Of a stretch of 64,000 nucleotides of DNA, positions 1 through 9,530 are shown piece after piece (position 1 is the stretch's first letter; each line of letters starts with the position of its first letter). The stretch is taken from positions 32,001-96,000 of the forward strand of contig CAWJRJ010000020.1 in assembly GCA_963845245.1 (NCBI GenBank). The letters run 5' to 3'. Origin of the DNA: Nitrospirota bacterium. GTDB taxonomy: Bacteria; Nitrospirota; JACRHJ01. The translations under genes were made by a program, and so were the position numbers. Below the pieces are notes generated by a model. The model did no database searches. It had not been told where the DNA came from and saw only the letters and a list, made by a program, of their open reading frames with translations.

Positions 1-1
1 C

Positions 2-1000
2 CGCGTTGCCGGTGGAGACGCCGCCGGTCCTCTTGGCGGTGTATGCGTTATGCAGGAAGCCCGAAAACACGCCGTTTACGATAAGCGGAGTCCTGCGGCA
101 GGGGATGCCCTCGTCGTCGAAGGACTTCGAGCCCGCGCCGCCGGGCAGAAGCCCGTCGTCGTATATGTTGATAAGAGGGGAGCAGACCTTCGCGCCGACC
201 TTGCCCGCAAGAAGCGAACGGCCCTTGATGAGCGCGTCTGCGGAGAACGAGGCAGACAGGACGCCCAGGAACTCGGACGTCACGGTGTTCTCAAGGATGA
301 CCGGATAAAGGCCGGTAGGCGACTTCTTCGCGCCGAGAAGGCCGATGGCCTGCCTTGCCGCGTTTGTGCCGACCCAGCCGTAGTCCATCTCACCCAGCCG
401 CCTCTTGTAGTCGAACTCGTACCCCATCTGGGATTCGTGTTCTTCTTCCGCGACGGCCATTACCCCGCATGAGAAGTACGTCCCCCTTGAGGACACCTTT
501 ATGCCGGACGAGCTGAGTATCACCCACTCGGCCTCGCTAAATGACGCGGAGGCCTTCCTTATACGCACGATGCGGGGGTCATAGGCGCGCGCTGCACGCT
601 CCACCTCCATCGCATAATCTATTTTTTTCTGTTCCGGGACGCCGAGCGCACCCTCGTCGTATTCTTCAAAGTCCGGGTAGGCCGCATCAGGTTTGGAGGG
701 TATGACATTGCCATCGTCCGGCTCGGAGTTGCCCGCGTTCTCGAATGCCTTTGCCGCCGCCTCTTTTACGGCATCCTCGGAGCCGGTGGAGTAGGCGAAG
801 CCCATCCTGCCGTCCGCCAGCAGGACGCGTATCCCGACGCCCCATGTCTGCGACTCCTCGAATGCGTCCAGCTTCTGCTCCTTCACCTCGACGGATGTGG
901 AGGACGAGCCACGGACGTATATCTCGAAACCGGCGGTATTATTGCCTGAGAGGGTCTCGGCCGCCTTCTCGGCGGTGGACATCAGTTTATTGTTTGTCAT
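2..1000 (-). CDS. pmbA: PmbA/TldE family protein (3' end runs off window)
   Basis: Not in ORF track. Manual translation from ATG at 1000: MTNNKLMSTAEK...GVGIRVL..GRMGFAYS...SFDDEGIP...GFLHNAYTAKRTGGVSTGNA, which has typical PmbA/TldD motifs. Confidence 0.85.
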   Translation of the reverse strand, partial: MTNNKLMSTAEKAAETLSGNNTAGFEIYVRGSSSTSVEVKEQKLDAFEESQTWGVGIRVLLADGRMGFAYSTGSEDAVKEAAAKAFENAGNSEPDDGNVIPSKPDAAYPDFEEYDEGALGVPEQKKIDYAMEVERAARAYDPRIVRIRKASASFSEAEWVILSSSGIKVSSRGTYFSCGVMAVAEEEHESQMGYEFDYKRRLGEMDYGWVGTNAARQAIGLLGAKKSPTGLYPVILENTVTSEFLGVLSASFSADALIKGRSLLAGKVGAKVCSPLINIYDDGLLPGGAGSKSFDDEGIPCRRTPLIVNGVFSGFLHNAYTAKRTGGVSTGNA

Positions 1001-1003
1001 ATC

Positions 1004-1372
1004 TCACTCAGAGTAGCTTGCGGATGCGGTGTCCGATTCCCATATCCTGATGCTGGACACCTTGAGGTTGCCGTCGTTCAGCTTTTTTACAAGCCCGTCG
1101 TAGAGCCACTTGGCGATGTTCTCAGACGATGGGTTTATCTCGGTGAACGGGAATACGTCGTTGACGAAGGAATGCTCGAGCACCGACAGAAGCTCGTTGG
1201 TCGTGTCTTTGAGCACCTTGAAATCAATCGCAAGCCCGATATCGTTCAGGTTTTCCGCCGCCACATGTACTTCCACCTTCCAGTTGTGGCCGTGGAGCCT
1301 CTCGCACCTGCCGTTATAGTTGCGCAGCTGGTGAGCAGCAGCAAACTTCGTCTCAATCATCAATTCATACAT
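1004..1372 (-). CDS. queD: 6-carboxytetrahydropterin synthase QueD
   Basis: FAAAHQL, CERLHGHNW, NPSSENIA and WES motifs. Confidence 0.95.
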   Translation of the reverse strand: MYELMIETKFAAAHQLRNYNGRCERLHGHNWKVEVHVAAENLNDIGLAIDFKVLKDTTNELLSVLEHSFVNDVFPFTEINPSSENIAKWLYDGLVKKLNDGNLKVSSIRIWESDTASASYSE

Positions 1373-1419
1373 TAATCCACCTCGAAGACTTATAGAATTA
1401 TTCCTGCCCGTATCGTCCT

Positions 1420-1448
1420 ACTATATTTTAAAAAGCCCGCTTAGTCAA
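1420..1448 (-). promoter_or_regulatory. sigma70-type promoter for queD-pmbA
   Basis: TTGACT-17 nt-TATAGT on minus strand. Confidence 0.65.
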
Positions 1449-1479
1449 GGAAATCAAAAATATATGTGATGTCAGAGCC

Positions 1480-1508
1480 TTGCAAAGGCACCCGCCGTCT
1501 GGTATATT
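1480..1508 (+). promoter_or_regulatory. sigma70-type promoter for the psiE-like/ECF/cooT/pilB operon
   Basis: TTGCAA-17 nt-TATATT with TG extension. Confidence 0.6.
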
Positions 1509-1604
1509 TAATTAACGGTCGCAATGGGCCGTTTTGAATTGTATCCTGATGTTTTTAATGGTATATTGTCGTTCTTATCAACGGGAGAGGTGGGAGAGGA
1601 AGGA

Positions 1605-2060
1605 ATGACTGTTATGTTGCAAGAGAAGGGAAAGACTAGCAAGCTGGTCTGCACTGTCAGGAAGGCGCTAATCTATGCGGACGACGTGATCCACATCCTC
1701 GTTGCCCTGGCGTTGCTTGTCTCTGCAGTTTTAATGCTCATCTTCACCGCGACCAACTTCCAGGACATGTCGGTATCATCCACACTGCTGGTGATAAACG
1801 ACGTACTGTTCGTCCTTATCATTATGGAGCTTCTCTGGACGGTCATAAGGTACCTCAAACGCCAGGAGTTCTCGTTGAAGCCGTTCCTGGCGATAGGCAT
1901 AATCTCAAGTCTGAGGCGCATACTTATGCTCGAGGCCCAGATGTCGATGACGGACCATACCGATTCTACCAAGCTGATGGAGCTTGGCATAAGCACCGGG
2001 ATCGTGTTCGTACTGGTCATTGCATACTACCTCATGCACAAAACCGAGAAACCGGTCTGA
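1605..2060 (+). CDS. PsiE family membrane protein
   Basis: 4 TM segments; LFVLIIMELLWTV...PFLAIGIISSLRRIL motif; start chosen after GGAGAGGAAGGA SD-like run. Confidence 0.75.
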   Translation: MTVMLQEKGKTSKLVCTVRKALIYADDVIHILVALALLVSAVLMLIFTATNFQDMSVSSTLLVINDVLFVLIIMELLWTVIRYLKRQEFSLKPFLAIGIISSLRRILMLEAQMSMTDHTDSTKLMELGISTGIVFVLVIAYYLMHKTEKPV

Positions 2061-2076
2061 TGGAGATTTCTGGATC

Positions 2077-2469
2077 ATGATGGGCGAGATATTAGGGCTC
2101 CTGACAAAATGGTTGGTCAACTCTCTTGCGCTTTTCGCGGCTGACTACCTTGTCAGAGGCATAATTATATACGACTTCTGGTCCGGGCTTGCCGCGGCCG
2201 CGCTCCTTGGGATAGTCAATGCGATCATCAGGCCCGTATTAATTCTTCTCACGCTACCTATAAACATCATGACACTGGGCCTTTTTACGCTGGTAATAAA
2301 CGCCTTCATGCTGAAGCTTGTGGCATGGCTGGTAGGTGGCATTACAATCAACGGTTTCTGGGCTGCCTTCTGGGGGGCGCTCGTGATAAGCCTGGTAAGC
2401 TGGTTCCTTAGCCTGTTTTTTGATTCGAGGCTGAAGGTGAGCGTGATCAGGCGCGGAGGCCGCCGCTAA
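2077..2469 (+). CDS. YvlD/DUF360-type 4-TM 'phage holin family' membrane protein
   Basis: LLGIVNAIIRPVLILLTLPINIMTLGLFTLVINAFML and GFWAAFWGALVIS signature. Confidence 0.85.
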   Translation: MMGEILGLLTKWLVNSLALFAADYLVRGIIIYDFWSGLAAAALLGIVNAIIRPVLILLTLPINIMTLGLFTLVINAFMLKLVAWLVGGITINGFWAAFWGALVISLVSWFLSLFFDSRLKVSVIRRGGRR

Positions 2470-3171
2470 TGTCCCACCTGCATATCCCTGACGGGCTGCT
2501 GCCGGTTTGGCTCTGGGTGGCCGGGCTTGTAGCCGCATCGGTAGTTGTCGGTTTTTCGCTCTTCATGCTTCGCAACGTCGACCTGCGGAAGAAGATACCG
2601 CTTCTCGGCATGATGTCGGCCATGATGCTTGTGGGCATGAGCATCGAGGTGGTGCCCTACCACCTTAACCTCTCCGTGATAACCGGCATAATACTCGGCC
2701 CGTGGCTTGCCATGGTTGCCGCGCTCATCGTCAACCTGTTCCTGGCGCTGGTCGGGCACGGTGGAGTTACGGTCGTGGGGCTGAATACGCTGGTAATCGG
2801 GTTCGAGGGTGTCATGGGGTATATCCTGTTTTCCGTATTCAGGAAGGCACTTAAGCCTGCGCTGTCCGCCGCCGTCCGCAACCTTCCTTACCCTTTTTAT
2901 GTCTACGTGCCTAATGCTGCTCATTGTTTTTCTCGGGAACGTCGACCTGAACATTGCCTCGACCGGGGAACTCAGGGAGGTTATGGAGAGCACACCCGCC
3001 GGGTTCGCAAAACACATAGTCTATTCGGGCGGCGGTTTCAATTTTAAATTCTTCGCTATAGCGTCTTTTGCCATGGGGCTGATCGGGTGGACTATTGAGG
3101 CCGTTGTCACTGCATTCGCGGTAGCGTTCATCGACAAGGTTAAACCCGACATAATCGGCAGGCGGAGCTGA
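2469..3171 (+). CDS. cbiM: ECF transporter S component, CbiM/NikM family (apparent +1 frameshift near 2875)
   Basis: HIPDG N-terminal motif and GHGGVTVVGLN; C-terminal half continues in ORF 2809..3171. Confidence 0.8.
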
Positions 3172-3173
3172 CC

Positions 3174-3972
3174 GTGGACATTGCCAGGATAGACTACTGG
3201 GCCGCATCCGGCGTAAGCACAATGCACAAGGCCTCAGTGCCCTCGAAGGTACTGGCGACTGCGGCCGTGATAGCGACGGTGATCGTCGGTTCTTACCTCC
3301 CGCTCCTTGCCGCGCTTTACCTCATGGTACTTATATCCGTCAGGGCTGCGGGCCTACCTGTGGTCAAGGTAATGGTAATATCCGTCCTGCCTGGGCTCTT
3401 CACGCTTCTCTTTGCGCTTGAGCAAGCTCGGGGGCGGCCTGCTTATCCCGGTAACCATCCTCCTGAAGGCCTTTACGGCGGCTTCCGCAATGATACTTCT
3501 TCTATCGACAACGCCCTACAACGACATATTGGGCTTTGTGAGCAAGGTGATGCCGAGGGTGCTTCGGGACGGGCTCTTCATGACCTACCGTTCCTTCTTT
3601 ATACTTTTTCAGCTGATGGCCAATTTTATTACCGCACTGAGGTTAAGAGGCGGGTTCCAGCCCAAGAGGTTCTGGCGGAACTCGGGCAACATCGGCTCCG
3701 GCGTGGGGATACTTTTCATACATGCCTATGACAAGTCCCAGAGGCTCTACGACGTGATGTCCATACGCGGTTATTCTGGAAGGTTGAGCGGGACGCATAG
3801 ATACCGTGCGGTTTCTGTTAACGACCTGCCGTACTTGCTGGCAGCGGCTGTTTTTCTAGGCGAGGCGGCATATGCAATGCAGTCCGGCAGGCAGGGCAGT
3901 CTGTATACGTTTGGCATACTGCTCATCGTTTACGCGTTTACTTTGGAGGTCTTACCGGTTTGGAAGAGATAG
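3174..3972 (+). CDS. cbiQ: ECF transporter T component CbiQ/NikQ (apparent frameshift near 3420)
   Basis: Hydrophobic, with LRLRGG and MSIRGY coupling-helix motifs; split across ORFs 3174..3731 and 3412..3972. Confidence 0.8.
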
Positions 3973-4812
3973 TTAGGATAAGCTGCGTGGAGCACGTCTA
4001 CCCGGACTCCACCCAGGTCAAGCTCTGCGGCCTCGATTTTGTCGTCAGAGACGGCGACCGGGTCGTCATAATCGGCCCGAACGGGAGCGGCAAGACCACA
4101 CTCCTTTTTCATATACTGGGGATACTCAAGCCAAACCAGGGCTCGGTGCGGGTTTTCGGCCAGGACCCTGCGAAGGATTATGATAAAATAAGGGAGAAGA
4201 TAGGGGTGGTGCTCCAGAACGTGGAGGAGCAGATAATCGCGCCCACGGTCGAAGACGACGTCTCGTTCTCGCCCCGGAATTACGGGTACAGCCCGGAAGA
4301 CACAGAGAAGCTTGTCGGACTGGCTCTCGACGAGCTTGGCATAAGTCATGTCAGAAAGAAGATATGTCATTACCTGAGCGGTGGGGAGAAGAGGAAGGTG
4401 GCGCTTGCGGGCGCCCTGGTGCTGAAGCCTAAATTGCTGGTGCTGGACGAGCCCTTCGAGGGGCTCGACCCGATGTCCCGCCGCGAACTTATAGAGCTTC
4501 TAAACCGGCTCAACAAAGAATGGGGCATGGCGATCATCATGTCGACCCACGATATAAACATAGTAAGCCAGATGGCGGATTACGTATATGTGCTCGGACC
4601 GGGCGGACAGATACTGCTGCGGGATACGTCCGGCTGACATTTTTGCGAGGACGGACTTTTACAGGCAGGCCCGGCTCGATTTCCCCATACTGGTCGAGCT
4701 TTTCAAGGAGCTACGGGAAAGGGGCGCCGTGTTGACGATCCCTGCCGATATGAACGACGCCGTGGAACAGCTTGCGAGGCTGATGAAATCCAGGCAGGAC
4801 AGCGGTATATAA
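3960..4812 (+). CDS. cbiO: ECF transporter ATPase CbiO/NikO (apparent frameshift near 4625)
   Basis: GPNGSGKTT, LSGGEKRKVALAG, LDEP, STHD; tail in ORF 4588..4812. Confidence 0.85.
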
Positions 4813-4828
4813 ATCAAGGAGTCGGCCT

Positions 4829-5017
4829 ATGTGCGAGACTAATGCATATTTAAAGAGCGGGGGGAGCGACGAGCTGTTCCTCGAGAGCCTGGCCAGGGTA
4901 GAGGTTGACGGCGATATGCTATACCTGACAAGCATATTCGGCGATAAAAAAACCGTGAACGGCCGCATTCTGGAGATTAATTTTCAGGGCGGCAAGATTA
5001 TCCTTGAAAGGATCTGA
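4829..5017 (+). CDS. cooT: CooT family nickel-binding protein
   Basis: 62 aa with Cys at position 2 (MCETNAYL) and SIFGD...G.I.EINF pattern. Confidence 0.75.
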   Translation: MCETNAYLKSGGSDELFLESLARVEVDGDMLYLTSIFGDKKTVNGRILEINFQGGKIILERI

Positions 5018-5026
5018 CCCAGAGGC

Positions 5027-6719
5027 ATGCGTCTAAGAATAGGCGAACTGCTCTTAAAAGAAAAATTAATCAACCAGAAACAGCTGGACGAGGCCCTTGC
5101 CGCCGCCAGGAAGAACAAGAAGCGGTTGGGCAAGGTACTGGTCGAGGCCGGCCACCTGACCGATTCCCAGCTTGTCAAAGCGCTTTCCCGCCAGCTTAAA
5201 GTCCCGTTGGCGGACGTCAAGAATGCGCGTTATAGATAAAAAAATCCTCTCCCTGATAGTCCAGCAGGACGCCGAAAAATACCTGATACTCCCGCTTGGC
5301 CTTGAATCAAAAAAACTTAAAGTCGCAATGGCGGACCCTCTTGCTTATGAGGTTATAGAGGGTATAAGGTTCAAGACCGGACTGGCCATCATGCCGTTTA
5401 TCGCCTCGGAGTCTGCGATAATCGACGCAATTGAAAAGCATTACCAGGTCGAGGTCAAGGCGTTCCACCTGATGAACTCGATCCAGACCTACGACGACGC
5501 CGAATTTCTGAAAGACAGGGCCGAGGACAGGGTCGTCAATGTCGAATCCCTTTACAAACTCAGCGAGACCCCGCCGATAATACAGCTTGTCACTATGATG
5601 ATAGTCGAGGCGGTGAAGATGCGCGCCTCGGATATACATGTGGAGCCGCGCGAGGGGAATGTTGCTGTAAGGTACAGGGTTGACGGCGATATGAGGGACG
5701 TCCTGACCATCCCGACGCGCATAAAGGATTACGTGACATCAAGGATAAAGATAATCGCCGACATGGACATCACCAACAGGAGGCTTCCACAGGACGGGAC
5801 AAGCAAGCTCAAGCTCTCGGACCGCGAGGTGGACCTTCGTATCTCGACCCTGCCGTCGCTTTACGGCGAGAAGGTGGTCATCAGGCTTCTTGATAAAAGC
5901 AAGGGGCTTGTAGGGCTTTCAGAGATCGGGTTCCCGCAGAAGATCGAGGAGGCCCTGCTGAAAATACTTGCCCGCCCGCAGGGGCTGGTGCTTGTGACTG
6001 GGCCCACCGGGAGCGGAAAATCGACCACGCTCTATGCAGTGCTCCAACAGACAAAATCCGACAAGGACAACATAATCACGATAGAAGACCCTGTGGAATA
6101 CAGGCTGCACGGCGTAACGCAGGTGGGGATAAACGAGGCCATAGGGCTCACTTTCCCGTCGATATTGCGCTCAGTCCTGAGGCAGGACCCGGACATAATA
6201 ATGGTAGGCGAGGTGCGCGACCTGGAGACCGGCGATATCGCGATGAAGGCCTCTCTTACGGGCCATCTCGTACTGACGACGCTCCATACCAACGACACCG
6301 TTTCTAGCGTGACCAGGCTTGTGGACCTCGGCGTACCGCCGTTCCTGGTTGCTTCATCCATAAGTTGCATACTGGCACAGAGGCTGGTGAAAAGGATATG
6401 CCCACATTGCAGGAAGCCGGAGAAGATATCAGGGATCGCTGCCGGGTTCAAAAACCTTAAGCAGACCTACAGGGGAGCCGGCTGCCACAAGTGCTACAAC
6501 ACCGGGTATTACGGTCAGGCTGGGGTTTTCGAGTTTCTGCCGCTCGATGCCAAGATCAGGCAGATGATAACGTCCAGGGCGTCGGAGCCGGAACTGCGCG
6601 CAGAGGCCAGGGTGCGGGGGTTCAGGACGCTTTTCGAGGATGCGGTGGAAAAGGTAAATGCTGGTGTTACCACGATCGAAGAGGCGCTTTTAAAAGTCCC
6701 TCTCGATGAACTGCACTAA
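5027..6719 (+). CDS. PilB/GspE/MshE family assembly ATPase with N-terminal MshEN motif (apparent frameshift near 5230)
   Basis: RIGELL...RLGKVLVEAG MshEN repeat; ASDIHVEP, GPTGSGKST, LRQDPD, TLHTND, CPHC/CHKC Zn motifs. Confidence 0.9.
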
Positions 6720-7393
6720 ACCAGAAGCCCGTCCACCATCCGGATGACCCTGTCGGCTTGCCGTGCTAGTTTCTCGTTGTGCGTGACGATCACAAACGTA
6801 ATACCCTTTGTCTTGTTTATCTCCATGAGCAGGCTATGCACGGAGTCGGCGGTCTTGGTGTCCAGGTTTCCCGTCGGCTCATCCGCAAGTATGACGGACG
6901 GCTCAACCATGAGCGCGCGTGCGATTGCCACCCGCTGTTGTTCGCCGCCTGACAGTTCACCCGGCCTGTGTATGTAACGCTCGCCCAGCCCGACCTCGTC
7001 AAGTATCGCACGTGCGCGCTTCTCCGCCTGGGCAGGAGGAGTACCTTTAATCTTTGAAGGGAGGAGCACGTTTTCCAGCGCGCTGAACTCCGGCAGCAGA
7101 TGGTGGAACTGGAAGACGAAGCCTATCGAAGAGTTTCTGAATGCGGCAAGCTCTTTGTCTCCATGAGTAAAGACGTCCTGTCCGTTATATAGGACGCTTC
7201 CAGCGCTTGGCTTGTCGAGTGTGCCGAGTATGTGCAGGAACGTACTTTTGCCTACGCCAGACTCGCCCACTACCGAGACCACTTCGCCTTTTTCTATGTC
7301 GAGGTCGATGCCGTTAAGTATGTTTATCTCGGAAGGTCCGATTTTAAAACTCTTCCGGAGCCCTCTGACGCTGATGTGTGGTGCAGGGGTCAT
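6716..7393 (-). CDS. lolD: Lipoprotein-releasing ABC transporter ATPase LolD
   Basis: GESGVGKST, GFVFQFHHLLPEF, LSGGEQQRVAIARAL; same operon as lolC/E. Confidence 0.9.
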   Translation of the reverse strand: MTPAPHISVRGLRKSFKIGPSEINILNGIDLDIEKGEVVSVVGESGVGKSTFLHILGTLDKPSAGSVLYNGQDVFTHGDKELAAFRNSSIGFVFQFHHLLPEFSALENVLLPSKIKGTPPAQAEKRARAILDEVGLGERYIHRPGELSGGEQQRVAIARALMVEPSVILADEPTGNLDTKTADSVHSLLMEINKTKGITFVIVTHNEKLARQADRVIRMVDGLLV

Positions 7394-7653
7394 TTACCCG
7401 TCACCTTGTCGACCAGGTCTTTTTTCACGTCTTTTGCAGCCGCTTTCATACCCTGTTTTATATCGTCCGCCTTCCCGCCTATTTCGCCGGATTTTTTCTT
7501 CACGGCTTCACCGGCTGTCTCTGTCTTTGCGCCAAACCAGCGAAACCCGCTTCCGCCGAAAAAGAATATGAATGCCGAGAGCCCGATGATGGACAGTACA
7601 CTTATAAGAAGGACCCTTTTAATTTTTTTAATCTTTTTTCCCGATTTCGCCAT
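7390..7653 (-). CDS. Small hypothetical single-TM protein with K/A-rich tail
   Basis: Overlaps both neighbouring genes; basic N-terminus, TM, helical tail. Confidence 0.65.
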   Translation of the reverse strand: MAKSGKKIKKIKRVLLISVLSIIGLSAFIFFFGGSGFRWFGAKTETAGEAVKKKSGEIGGKADDIKQGMKAAAKDVKKDLVDKVTGK

Positions 7654-8287
7654 TTGTCTTATCCTTCATCTTCTTCTGTATATTCTTTAGCACGACCATG
7701 AAATTGTCATCTACCAACCCGTCCCTGGCTCCGACCTCCAGCGCCTTGCCGAGCAGGGTGGTCAGGCCGGGTATGGTTTCTTCCTCGGGCTTTATAGGAG
7801 GGAGGATCACTATCCTGGACACGTCGCCTCCGGTTATTATATTCTGGCCATATCCGTCGGTTATGACATCCACCTGGTCGAGCATCAGGTTTACCTTGCC
7901 CAGTATGCCCTTACTGTCGCTGGAAAGTACCACCTTCTGGATTAGCCCGTTCCGCAGTTTCACGTTTACCGGCTGTCCCCCTTCCTCAATCGGCAGGAAC
8001 TGAAGCTCTACTATGTCGCCCATCTGATATTGGTACAGGTTTTTTTCTATCCTGCCATATACGATATCGAAGTCATACCTGAATACCGGAGAGATCGCCG
8101 GAAGCTTCCAGCTTGTCCTGATTGTAATTATACCCTCGCGCTCTGCGCCGCTGTGTTTGTAGACTATGCCTCTGAGCAGGTTTCCGGTGCCAGAAGTGAA
8201 CTTTGTCTCATCACCCGCGCAAAACGCGTTCGGGGCGAGCGCCAGGACCAGGACCAATGCTACTGCGGCTGCTTTTAGACGGGCCAT
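7628..8287 (-). CDS. Hypothetical exported protein
   Basis: AGGAGG SD before ATG 8287; signal peptide MARLKAAAVALVLVLALAPNAFC. Confidence 0.7.
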   Translation of the reverse strand: MARLKAAAVALVLVLALAPNAFCAGDETKFTSGTGNLLRGIVYKHSGAEREGIITIRTSWKLPAISPVFRYDFDIVYGRIEKNLYQYQMGDIVELQFLPIEEGGQPVNVKLRNGLIQKVVLSSDSKGILGKVNLMLDQVDVITDGYGQNIITGGDVSRIVILPPIKPEEETIPGLTTLLGKALEVGARDGLVDDNFMVVLKNIQKKMKDKTNGEIGKKD

Positions 8288-8303
8288 TTTTCCTCCTGCT
8301 TTG

Positions 8304-9530
8304 TTATTCGTACCGTAACGCCTCAAGCGGGTCCAGTTTTGCGGCCTGCCACGAAGGGTAAAGCGTGGCGGTGAAGCTGATGATTATGGCCGCCGCCGAG
8401 ACCGCGACGAATTCCACCGGGTCCATACGCACCGGCAGGTGGTTTATGTAGTAGATGTCGCTGGGCAGGTTTATCAGGTTCGTCTTCTGGACCAGAAGGC
8501 ATATCGCGTATCCCGACACGAGCCCGATTACCGTGCCCACCACGCCGATCACCGTACCGTTTATCATAAAAATCTTCATTATTCCGGCGCGGGTCGCGCC
8601 CATGGACTTGAGTATCGCTATCTCACGCGCCTTCTCTATCACGATCATTATCAGGGTGCTGACGATATTGAAAGAGGCGACGAGTATGATGAGCACGAGT
8701 ATGACGAACATCGTCAGTTTTTCAAGCTTGAGCGCGGAGAAGAGGTTGCGGTTCATCTGTACCCAGTCCCTTGCGTGGTACGGGAAGCCGAGTGTGTCCT
8801 GTATCTGTTTTGCCAGGACGCCTGAACGGTCAAGGTCGTCGATTTTTATCTCGATACCCGTAACCACCGGACCCATGCCGAAGAACTTCTGCGCCTGCGG
8901 GATGGATATATACGCAAGCTTCGAGTCGTACTCGTACATACCGGTATCGAATATGCCTTTTATCACGAACTCCTGGAGCTTGGGGGCCATCCCCAGCGGC
9001 GTCATCGAGCCGAACGGGGAGACTACCCGCACCTTGTCGCCTATGGACGCGTTCAGCATCAGGGACAGCTCTTTCCCGATCACGATATAGGGTTTGTCCT
9101 CGTCGGGCTTCAGGTAGTCGAGGCTGCCTTTGACGATATTTCTGCGAAGCTCGGTTACCTTGCCTATCGTGGACGGGTCTATGCCCTTCAGTACAATGCC
9201 GGACACTCCGGATGGTGAGGTGAGCATGACCTCGTTATAGGTGAACGGGGTTGCGGATACAATATGCGGGACCTTGGACAGTTTGTCCAGTACACCCTTG
9301 ATATCCGTTATGCCCTTGTCGTTGTATGAGGTGAGTATTATCGGCGAGTTCGTGCCGAGTATCTTCTGTTTAAGGTCGTTCTCAAACCCGCTCATTACCG
9401 AAAGGACTACGATGAGGGTCATAACGCCCAGCGCAACCCCGCCGATGGATATGAGCGTATTGAGGGAAAGCGGGGCGCTTTTGTGCTTGCCCTTCAGGTA
9501 CCTCAACGCCACAAAGAAAGAGTAAGACAT
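8304..9530 (-). CDS. lolC: Lipoprotein-releasing ABC transporter permease LolC/E
   Basis: GVALGVMTLIVVLSVMSGFE, REIAILKSMGA, YPSWQAAKLDPLEALRYE. Confidence 0.93.
   Translation of the reverse strand: MSYSFFVALRYLKGKHKSAPLSLNTLISIGGVALGVMTLIVVLSVMSGFENDLKQKILGTNSPIILTSYNDKGITDIKGVLDKLSKVPHIVSATPFTYNEVMLTSPSGVSGIVLKGIDPSTIGKVTELRRNIVKGSLDYLKPDEDKPYIVIGKELSLMLNASIGDKVRVVSPFGSMTPLGMAPKLQEFVIKGIFDTGMYEYDSKLAYISIPQAQKFFGMGPVVTGIEIKIDDLDRSGVLAKQIQDTLGFPYHARDWVQMNRNLFSALKLEKLTMFVILVLIILVASFNIVSTLIMIVIEKAREIAILKSMGATRAGIMKIFMINGTVIGVVGTVIGLVSGYAICLLVQKTNLINLPSDIYYINHLPVRMDPVEFVAVSAAAIIISFTATLYPSWQAAKLDPLEALRYE

Noticed and set aside
6..1050. Short + strand ORFs listed at 6..308, 50..472 and 745..1050
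   Set aside because: Antisense shadows of the minus-strand pmbA gene, which the ORF track missed because it has no stop inside the window
1449..1604. Cobalamin or NiCo riboswitch upstream of the ECF operon
   Set aside because: No B12-box or multi-stem pattern recognised and the leader is short; an Infernal/Rfam scan would settle it
2077..2469. 'Phage holin' annotation as evidence of a prophage
   Set aside because: YvlD/DUF360 proteins are common chromosomal membrane proteins; no endolysin, integrase or structural genes nearby
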